A program made the position numbers and the translations under genes. Positions 1-6,813 of a DNA stretch of 44,984 bases are shown one piece after another. This DNA comes from an uncultured bacterium (GTDB lineage: Bacteria > Acidobacteriota > Polarisedimenticolia > CBDVAL01). The stretch's first letter is position 1. Every line of letters begins with the position of its first letter. The stretch is taken from contig CBDVAL010000002.1 in NCBI GenBank assembly GCA_965371955.1, positions 1-44,984 of the forward strand. Direction: 5' to 3'. The notes under the pieces are model-generated. The model did not search any database and was not told where the DNA came from. It worked only from the letters and a program-made list of their open reading frames with translations.

Positions 1-1699
1 GCCAGCTCGACCAGCCCTCGGTGAACTTCTTCGAGCCGATCAGTACGTGGACCGTCGAGTCCGGCCGTTCCAGCTCCTGGAAGAGCGACCCCGCGAACTC
101 GCGCTCGGCCACGTTCCGGCCGTTCTTTTCGCAGAGCCTCACGAGCTTGGTGTCCTCGCCGACATTGATCACGCCGAAGGGGTCGTTGTCCCCGATCCGC
201 AACGCCACCTCGCCCGTCGCGCCCTTCAGGTTCTCGACGTGCAGGGCGCCGCCGCCCGGCGCGTTGAACAGGGTGGCGAGCGTCTCGTCGAACACCTGAT
301 CGGGGCTGAGTCCGGTGGTGTTCAGATAGGCGAAACGGCCGGCGAAGAGGTTCCTGCCGCTGGCGGTGACCAGCCCCTCGTGCAGGACCTTCCGGATGCG
401 CTCGATACCGGCCGCACGATCCCCCACGTAGCCGGCCAGGAAACGCAGGATCTCGACGATGTCCGAGGCGTCGCGTCTGGCGAGCGTGGCCGTGACACTG
501 CTGCCGACGAAGATCCAGAGCGGCCGCTCCAGGTTGAAGGGCCGCAGTGCCACTTCCTGCTCGCGGTAGAGTCGCTGCTGCTGGTAGAAGCTGAGCAGGC
601 AGGCGGTCATGTAGGTCGCCATCCACTCGGCGTTGCTGTCGTCCTCCAAGTTGAGGATCTGGTAGTCCTTGCCGAAGCCGTCGCCGTAGAACCAGCGGTA
701 CGAGTAGTCGCACAGCACGCTCCTGGCGTAGAGATCACTGAGCGCCTGGCTGCCCTTGACCGCCTGGCCGAAGGTGGCCGAGTACTCGAACGAGAAGCCC
801 CGCTCGCACAGGGCATTGCGATGCTTCATCCACGCGCCCTCATGGCCCGCCGAGGCTCCGCGGTGCCCTTCGTCGATCAACACCAGGTTGTTGCCCTCGA
901 AGGCGTCCACTGCCACCGTCTTCTCGCCCATCTCCTCCCTGAGCTTGGTGACCTCGAGGATCTCCACCGCCTGGCCGGCAAAGAGACCACGACCCTCCTT
1001 GCTGAAGATCTCGGCCTGGATCCCGGCCTTCTCGAACTCCCGCAGGTGCTGCTGCGAGAGCCCCTCGTTGGGGGTGAGCAAGATCACGCGGTTCAGCTCG
1101 CGTGCGCATCCTTGGGCTTCGAGGAGGCGCCGGTACTGGAGGACGTGCGCGTGCATGAGCAGCGTCTTGCCGCTGCCGGTGGCCATCCAGAAGGCGAGCT
1201 TGTTGAGCTGGGCGCGCGGATCTGCGCCCTCGTCGAGCAGGCAGATGCGGTCGGCTTCCTCCTGGGGTTCGTTGAAGATTGCGATGTGTCCGTTCAATGC
1301 CGCGCGCAGGGCGACCGGATCGCGAAAATAGCGATCGAGGTAGATCTCGCTGAAGAGCAGCGCCAGGTACTGGAAGTACTTCCACGCGATGGGCCGCTCA
1401 CCGCGCGTGATGCGCCGCTCGTTCAGCCGCTGGGTGACGCGGACAAGGCCCAAGTCGAACTCGAGCAGCAGTTCGTCCGGCAACTCGAGGCGCCCCTCCA
1501 CCGGCAGCTGCAGGCAGAGCGCGTGATGGAAGCGGTGGATGTTGTTCTCGTCCAGCCCCTCGAGAGCCTCGTCGCGCAGGTGCTCGGCGAGCTGGTCGAA
1601 GCGCTCCACGCCAAAGAGCGAGAGCAACCACTGGTGGAGCACCAGCTTGCGCGCGAAGGGAAGCTGGGAGCGATTGCTGCGGCGGCGACTACGAGGCAT
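1..1699 (-). CDS. SF2 (DEAD/DEAH, ResIII-like) helicase, N-terminal ~566 aa only. The 3' end of the gene lies beyond the left window edge. Probable restriction/translocase partner of the upstream methyltransferase.
   Basis: Not in the ORF track because there is no stop in the window. My manual minus-strand translation from ATG 1699..1697 stays open to position 1 ([34 protein letters not shown]...). Motifs seen: Walker A '[13 protein letters not shown]', motif II '[10 protein letters not shown]', later 'FEYSATFGQ' and '[13 protein letters not shown]'. The nearest in-frame upstream stop is at 1843..1841. The listed + ORF 47..2062 is its antisense shadow. Confidence 0.85.
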   Translation of the reverse strand, partial: MPRSRRRSNRSQLPFARKLVLHQWLLSLFGVERFDQLAEHLRDEALEGLDENNIHRFHHALCLQLPVEGRLELPDELLLEFDLGLVRVTQRLNERRITRGERPIAWKYFQYLALLFSEIYLDRYFRDPVALRAALNGHIAIFNEPQEEADRICLLDEGADPRAQLNKLAFWMATGSGKTLLMHAHVLQYRRLLEAQGCARELNRVILLTPNEGLSQQHLREFEKAGIQAEIFSKEGRGLFAGQAVEILEVTKLREEMGEKTVAVDAFEGNNLVLIDEGHRGASAGHEGAWMKHRNALCERGFSFEYSATFGQAVKGSQALSDLYARSVLCDYSYRWFYGDGFGKDYQILNLEDDSNAEWMATYMTACLLSFYQQQRLYREQEVALRPFNLERPLWIFVGSSVTATLARRDASDIVEILRFLAGYVGDRAAGIERIRKVLHEGLVTASGRNLFAGRFAYLNTTGLSPDQVFDETLATLFNAPGGGALHVENLKGATGEVALRIGDNDPFGVINVGEDTKLVRLCEKNGRNVAEREFAGSLFQELERPDSTVHVLIGSKKFTEGWSSW

Positions 1700-1722
1700 C
1701 AGCACCCCCTGCCCGCTGGCGT

Positions 1723-1868
1723 TTGCAACGGATATGCTCCCGGATTGCAACCAGCGACGACTTGGTTGCAATCGGGTCGCGGCAGAAGTGCCAATACGGC
1801 GACATGTTGCGTGTTGACGACGAGCCGGGATTCGCGGCGATCATGTCGAGGGCTTCTCATGGTTGCAA
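1723..1868 (-). promoter_or_regulatory. Cluster of four TTGCAA-core boxes (consensus G-R-TTGCAA-Y-C) in the methyltransferase-helicase spacer. Putative operator array, possibly with an internal promoter.
   Basis: TTGCAA occurs at 1723-1728, 1745-1750, 1766-1771 and 1863-1868. The 10-mers 1743-1752 (gattgcaacc) and 1764-1773 (ggttgcaatc) are exact reverse complements, and 1861-1870 (ggttgcaatt) matches 9/10. Centre spacing of the first three boxes is 22 and 21 nt. Read on the minus strand, the box at 1868..1863 plus a 17-nt spacer plus CATGAT (1845..1840) resembles a -35/-10 pair. Confidence 0.4.
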
Positions 1869-1932
1869 TTCGAAGGAGCCGGGCCCGGAAACCAGTGGTG
1901 GCGTTGGTCGAGACGGGTCGGCATGGTTTCTA

Positions 1933-4900
1933 CTACTCTCCTCTCCGCACGGTTTCGCTCGCCTCGAACATCAGCCCGTGGAACTCGTCCTCGATCAGGC
2001 GGACCTTCCAGGTGTCGTCGGGGGCCTTGAGGTTCTCGAGGTTGTTGGTGCCGTTGACGTAGATCAGGTCGAACTCTCTGTCCTTGCTCGAATAGCCCTG
2101 CCTGGTGAACCAGGTATCCAGCATCAGGTTGTCCTGCTCGACGCCCTCGGGCTCCTCGCCGCCGGGACGGTTGCGCCACAGGACCAGGGTCTTGCGCCCA
2201 TCGCGCAGCTCGCCCTCAATGACGCGGAACCACCAGCGGCCCTGCTTGTCTTCCTTGATCCGGCCGTCGAGCAGCAGGCGGCGCGGGGCGTCCTTGGGCA
2301 AGTCGGGGTCGGCATCGCGCTTGAACCTGGCCGTGAAGGCGCGCGGAGCGGCGAGTTGCCGGACGGTGAGGCCGAGCAGCCAGTGGAAGGTCTCGACTAG
2401 ATCGATGCAGACCTCCCGGGCCTCGTCCGAGCCGGGGCGCTTCACCTTGAGCCGGTAGGCGGTAGGGTCGGTGAAGGCGGCGGTGTCCAGCAGTGAGGCG
2501 CTGCCGCGGGTCTCGACGTCGAGCAGGTAGCGCAGGAGATACTGCTCTCGGAAGCCGTCCGGCCCCTGGGCCTCGGGGGAAAAGAGCGTCTCCTCCTGCA
2601 TCTCGGTGCGGCGCAGGTCGAGGTTGTTGAGCGTGTCCTCGTAGGACTCGAGGCGCACCACCTTCATGATGCGCGGGCTGCGCTCGGCCTCCTCGGGTGT
2701 GGCCAGGCGCTTGGGCTTGCCATCCTTCCACTCGGGGGCGTACGTGACCTTCTTCAGGCGCGGCAGCAACACCGTGTCGAAGTAATCTCCCATCTCGACG
2801 AGGATGAACTTGCGCCCGCCGCCGTCCTCGCGATTCAGGTTGATGACGGCGTGGCCTGTGGTGCCGGAGCCGGCGAAGAAATCCAGCACGGTAGAACCGG
2901 ATGACGCGGCGAACGGAAAAAGGTGTTCAAGGAGCTCGGACGACTTGGGGTTTTTGAACACGTCCCGCGATCCAAAGAGCCGATCGAGGTCATTGGATCC
3001 CTTGCGGGCGTCCATCGAGAAGACGCTCCGGAGTGGAAACGTCACGTCCCGTAGGTAGACCTTGAGCTCCGGGATCTTTGTCTCGTCTTCGCCGAATATG
3101 ATTCGATCAGCGGCGAGGAGCTCTTCCATCGTGCTCGGCGGAAACCGCCAGCCCCAGTAGGGTTTGGCACACGGCTTCCCAGTCCCCGGATGGTGAATGT
3201 CGTAGTCGTACCCGTGTTTGCCCGGGTTCTCCATGTTTCTGCGCGAGACATACGGTCCGGTTGGGTCAATGCGACGATACCGGTAGAGATCGCCAAGTTC
3301 TTCTCGATGTTGCGACGTGAATTCCCTAAACAACGATTCCAGCTCGCCAGGTGACGTCGCGCGTTTGCTGCACCGTGCGAATGCCTCGAGCATGAACTGC
3401 TTCACCTCATTGGTCGAAGTGCTCCAATGACGGTCAACATCGTTGATGGACTTCGCCCAGCAAACCACGTACTCATGCTCAATCGCGATCCGAGTTGGGT
3501 TATTATCTGTTGAGCCCTTCCAGACCAGGGTCCCGACATGGTTATCGGAGCCATGGACATCACCGAGAAGTAGCGACAGCGCCGCATGTTCGATGTCGTT
3601 GATGCTCGAAAGCAAAACTCCGTCGGGCGACAAGAACTCCAGTCCCAACGCGAGCCTGCTGTCCATCATCGTCTGCCAGCTCGAGTGCTGGTACGCGTCC
3701 TTATACGCGAACCCATCATTCCCCGTGTTGTACGGCGGATCGATGTAGATGCACTTCACTCGCTCGCGATACCGCGCCTGCATCAGCGACAACGCCTGGA
3801 AGTTCTCGCTGTGGAAGAGCACCCCGTCGGTCTGCTCGTCGAGATCGCCGATGGATTCCAACAGCCTTGCGGTGAAGCCGACATCGAATTGCCGCGTGTC
3901 CACCATCAGCGTCGGATGCGCTCTCAAGAACTCCGGAGTCAGCGGCTCGCTGTACCCCGGCTCCGCCAGGTCGCCCTCGATCCCGTCGATGGCATGCAGC
4001 CGAACCCACTCCTCGCGCTGCACGTCGCAGGCCGCGATCTCGGCATGGAACGCCTCCGGAATGATCCCCAGCCGAACGCACCAGCTCGTCTCGGTAACGA
4101 ACTTCTTCTTCAGCCACAGCTTCTTCTGGAAGTCCTCTAGCTGCGCGAGGAACTCGATGATCTTGTGCGCGATGCGGCGGATCACCTTGATCTTCGAGAG
4201 GTACTGCTCGACGCGCGGGACGGTCTCGCTCTCGATGTCGTCGAGGTACATGACCTCGTTCTTGATGAAGAAGTCGAGCTCGCGGCGCAGGAACCCGCCC
4301 AGGTCCTTGTGGATGAAGTAGTCGAAGGTGTTGCGGGCGGTGTAACGGTTCAGGTGCGCGCGCAGGCGTGAGTAGTCGGCCGCCTCGCCGTCGCTCTTGA
4401 TGTGGACCTTGCCGAGCTCCTCGATCCAGGAAGCAAGCGTCGCGTCGTCCGCGGCGAGCGCACGTGCCTCGGCCGCCGCGCTCAGGTCCTTCTGCGCCGG
4501 GGGCTTCTTCTTGCCGTCGCGCACGTCTGCGGGCCAGTCGGTGAGCGTCGCCGGGCGGTACTCGAAGCGGATCACCAGCTCCTTGCCCCCCTCCGGCCCA
4601 TCCGCGCCGTCCTCCTCGGCGAGGAAGTCCTCGGCGGCCGGGACGAAGACGCGCCGGTTCGTCTCCTTGACGTTGCCGTGCTCGCCCTCGGCCGCGTCCA
4701 CCAGCCGGAAGTGGACGCGCATCGGGTTCCTGGCGTCGTCCGGCGCCAAGCGGAAGGCGTAGTCGCGCAGGTACTCAGCCGTCTTGATGTAGTACTGGTC
4801 CGCGTTGGCCCAGTGGAGCTTGACCTCCTCGCCCTCGTAGGGGATGGCGTAGACGCCCTCCTTGTAGACGCGCTTGCTGAGGAAGTCGCCCTCGGAGTAG

Positions 4901-5262
4901 TAGCGCCGGAAGAAGCGGTAGAGGTGGTCGTAGACCTCGGCCTCGAGGGTGTCCAGATCCACGGCTTCGTCGGCGAGGCGCACCCGCAGATCCTTGACCT
5001 TCTGCGTCGTCTCCGGATCGACCCCGAGTCCGTGGGCCTGCTCGACGGTCTGGGCCAGCTCCTTCTCGATGGCCGCCTTGTCGGCGGGCTTGTACCCGGC
5101 GAAGGCCGCCTTCACCTGCGGCAAGAGGTCCTCCTCCAGGAACTGCGTCACCTCGGCGCTCTTCGCGTGCATGATGCGGTAGAAGCCGAAGTCGAGATCG
5201 GGCTGGTCGAGCTGGAAGAGCTCGCGCAGGAGGGTCACCAGCTTGGCGAATCGTTGGCTCAT
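1933..5262 (-). CDS. Large (~1109 aa) site-specific DNA methyltransferase of the N6_N4 (DPPY) family, Type III Mod-like, with long N- and C-terminal extensions
   Basis: ORF 1933..5598 trimmed to ATG 5262..5260 ([31 protein letters not shown]...). This ATG forms an ATGA start/stop overlap with the upstream gene. Motif IV is '[12 protein letters not shown]'. Motif I '[15 protein letters not shown]' follows ~300 aa later, giving the beta-class order IV-TRD-I. Confidence 0.9.
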   Translation of the reverse strand: MSQRFAKLVTLLRELFQLDQPDLDFGFYRIMHAKSAEVTQFLEEDLLPQVKAAFAGYKPADKAAIEKELAQTVEQAHGLGVDPETTQKVKDLRVRLADEAVDLDTLEAEVYDHLYRFFRRYYSEGDFLSKRVYKEGVYAIPYEGEEVKLHWANADQYYIKTAEYLRDYAFRLAPDDARNPMRVHFRLVDAAEGEHGNVKETNRRVFVPAAEDFLAEEDGADGPEGGKELVIRFEYRPATLTDWPADVRDGKKKPPAQKDLSAAAEARALAADDATLASWIEELGKVHIKSDGEAADYSRLRAHLNRYTARNTFDYFIHKDLGGFLRRELDFFIKNEVMYLDDIESETVPRVEQYLSKIKVIRRIAHKIIEFLAQLEDFQKKLWLKKKFVTETSWCVRLGIIPEAFHAEIAACDVQREEWVRLHAIDGIEGDLAEPGYSEPLTPEFLRAHPTLMVDTRQFDVGFTARLLESIGDLDEQTDGVLFHSENFQALSLMQARYRERVKCIYIDPPYNTGNDGFAYKDAYQHSSWQTMMDSRLALGLEFLSPDGVLLSSINDIEHAALSLLLGDVHGSDNHVGTLVWKGSTDNNPTRIAIEHEYVVCWAKSINDVDRHWSTSTNEVKQFMLEAFARCSKRATSPGELESLFREFTSQHREELGDLYRYRRIDPTGPYVSRRNMENPGKHGYDYDIHHPGTGKPCAKPYWGWRFPPSTMEELLAADRIIFGEDETKIPELKVYLRDVTFPLRSVFSMDARKGSNDLDRLFGSRDVFKNPKSSELLEHLFPFAASSGSTVLDFFAGSGTTGHAVINLNREDGGGRKFILVEMGDYFDTVLLPRLKKVTYAPEWKDGKPKRLATPEEAERSPRIMKVVRLESYEDTLNNLDLRRTEMQEETLFSPEAQGPDGFREQYLLRYLLDVETRGSASLLDTAAFTDPTAYRLKVKRPGSDEAREVCIDLVETFHWLLGLTVRQLAAPRAFTARFKRDADPDLPKDAPRRLLLDGRIKEDKQGRWWFRVIEGELRDGRKTLVLWRNRPGGEEPEGVEQDNLMLDTWFTRQGYSSKDREFDLIYVNGTNNLENLKAPDDTWKVRLIEDEFHGLMFEASETVRRGE

Positions 5263-6626
5263 GTTCGTTCTCCATCTCCTGCCAGGTAGTAGCGGCGCTT
5301 CGGGTCTCGGGGGCCCTTGCCGATTTCGCGCACCAAACCACGATCCACCAGCTTCCTGAGGCGGGTGCGCGTCGCCCGGGGAGTGAGGCCGATCACTGCC
5401 GCGATCTCGCTGGTGCCGTGCCCCTCGCCGTCCGCCAGAAGATGGAGGATGGCGCGGTTGGGGTCGTCGGGCGCGCGGGGGCCGACCGGCTCGGCAAAGA
5501 GCGTCACACGCAGGCGGATGCCGACCTCCTCCCAGCATGGCGCGGGAAGGCCCGAGTCGCGGCAGGCCGCGATCATGCGCTGCGCGCCGCTGCCCCATTG
5601 CTCCACCAGACCGAGCTCGTGGAAGACCCGGCCGATCACCCGGTTGCGCAGCTTGGAGATGCCGTGCGGGAGGTCCTCGATGGTGAGCCCGAAGGGCAAG
5701 AGGCCCGGATTTTCCACCTCGAGGCGGTCGTCGAAGATCGCCAGGCGGATGGGGGCGCCTCGCTGGGCGTAGTCGGCGTGGACCACCGCGTTGATGATCG
5801 CCTCGCGAACCGCGGCCGGAGGCAGGCTCCAGCGGTCGGTCCGGCGCATCCGGCCGATGACCGCGCCGTGCAGGGAGTGCTTCTCGACGAAGTCGATCGC
5901 CACCTCGATGGCCGCCGGGAGGGGCTCCTCGATCCGGGTCTGGTCGACGATCTCGCTGCGGTCCGCGCCGGCGAAGCGCCCGGCCTGGATCCAGGCATCG
6001 GGGAATCGCGACAGGCGATCCCGCCCGAAGAGGAGCAGGCCGCCCACCGTCGGCACTTTCCGGCCCTGGTAGTCCGTGACCAGACGCAGAGTTTCCAGGT
6101 GGCGCCGGGCGAGTCGGCGCACCGGGGCGAACAACTCGGAAGCAGCTCGGAAGTCGAGGGCTTCCGAGTCCAGATCAGGCAGGGGCTGCTCGTCGAACGC
6201 TTCGCCGCGGGCGAAGCGCTGCATCTCGGCGATGAGCGCGGCGTCGGCACGGCGGGTGGTCGAGCCGACCCGCACATAAGTCCCTCGTTCGGCCCCCTCG
6301 CGGACGACGAAGTGGGGCCGGGCCGAGCTCGGATGGATGCGTACGGCGAGCACCTGGCTCCGGCGGTAGCACAGGAGTTCCAGGTCCGGCAGGAGCCGCG
6401 GGGTGATCGAGTCGCTGAGCAGACTGGCCGCGCGCTCCTCCAGCGACAGCGGATCGGTCACCCCGAGGACGCGCCGCGTACCATCCTCGACGCCGACGAG
6501 GATGGTGCCCCCGGTCGTGTTCGCAAAGGCCACCGCAGTACGCACGAGACCCGCCGGAGAGGACAGGTCACGCTTGAACTCCAGGGTCTTGCCCTCGCGT
6601 CGCTTGAGGATTTCGATCAGCTCCAT
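5259..6626 (-). CDS. AlbA_2 (divergent AAA_4 / Schlafen-like) plus HATPase_c_4-like ATP-binding protein with a C-terminal winged-helix DNA-binding domain
   Basis: The 455-aa ORF has an N-terminus '[45 protein letters not shown]', typical of AlbA_2 domains. The central region contains '[12 protein letters not shown]'. The C-terminus '[32 protein letters not shown]' is wHTH-like. Its stop overlaps the methyltransferase ATG. Confidence 0.85.
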   Translation of the reverse strand: MELIEILKRREGKTLEFKRDLSSPAGLVRTAVAFANTTGGTILVGVEDGTRRVLGVTDPLSLEERAASLLSDSITPRLLPDLELLCYRRSQVLAVRIHPSSARPHFVVREGAERGTYVRVGSTTRRADAALIAEMQRFARGEAFDEQPLPDLDSEALDFRAASELFAPVRRLARRHLETLRLVTDYQGRKVPTVGGLLLFGRDRLSRFPDAWIQAGRFAGADRSEIVDQTRIEEPLPAAIEVAIDFVEKHSLHGAVIGRMRRTDRWSLPPAAVREAIINAVVHADYAQRGAPIRLAIFDDRLEVENPGLLPFGLTIEDLPHGISKLRNRVIGRVFHELGLVEQWGSGAQRMIAACRDSGLPAPCWEEVGIRLRVTLFAEPVGPRAPDDPNRAILHLLADGEGHGTSEIAAVIGLTPRATRTRLRKLVDRGLVREIGKGPRDPKRRYYLAGDGERT

Positions 6627-6634
6627 GGATCGAA

Positions 6635-6663
6635 ACTCTACTAGGAAGCGTCGGGATAATCAA
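6635..6663 (-). promoter_or_regulatory. Putative sigma-70-type promoter of the AlbA_2/methyltransferase operon, with the -10 box only 8 nt from the ATG
   Basis: Minus strand reads TTGATT (6663..6658), a 17-nt spacer, TAGAGT (6640..6635), 8 nt (ttcgatcc), then ATG (6626..6624). No Shine-Dalgarno motif lies in between. Confidence 0.45.
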
Positions 6664-6813
6664 GCCTTCCGAGTCGCTGGAGTCCTACGGCGTCAACTCG
6701 TCGCCGAGGCGCTCCGAGCGGCTTGCCTTGGCCCAGAATCGAGCTGGAGGCGCGGCCGGAGAGGAGTAACCGCGCCACACGGAACCAATCCCCTCTGCTC
6801 AAAGAAGGACATA

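Noticed and set aside
1767-1793. Sigma-54-like elements on the minus strand: TGGCAC (1793..1788) and TTGCA (1771..1767) in the mod-res spacer
   Set aside because: The two elements are separated by 16 nt, whereas sigma-54 promoters have ~5 nt (GG-N10-GC). The spacing is incompatible with a sigma-54 promoter. The TTGCA belongs to the repeated TTGCAA box instead.
47-2062. 671-aa + strand ORF covering the left end of the window
   Set aside because: Its composition is typical of an antisense frame of a GC-rich gene (runs of L/E/V/G/A/R, no motifs). The minus strand of the same region translates into a helicase with Walker A and DEGH motifs. I treat it as a shadow ORF.
5263-5598. 5' extensions of track ORFs (1933..5598, 6403..9657, 18589..20151, 21979..23709, 23744..25375, 30421..32265, 40135..41094)
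   Set aside because: The extended parts overlap the upstream gene or an inverted repeat and encode Arg/Pro-rich junk. Internal starts give signal peptides, TM segments, SD motifs or ATGA coupling. I trimmed the coordinates accordingly.
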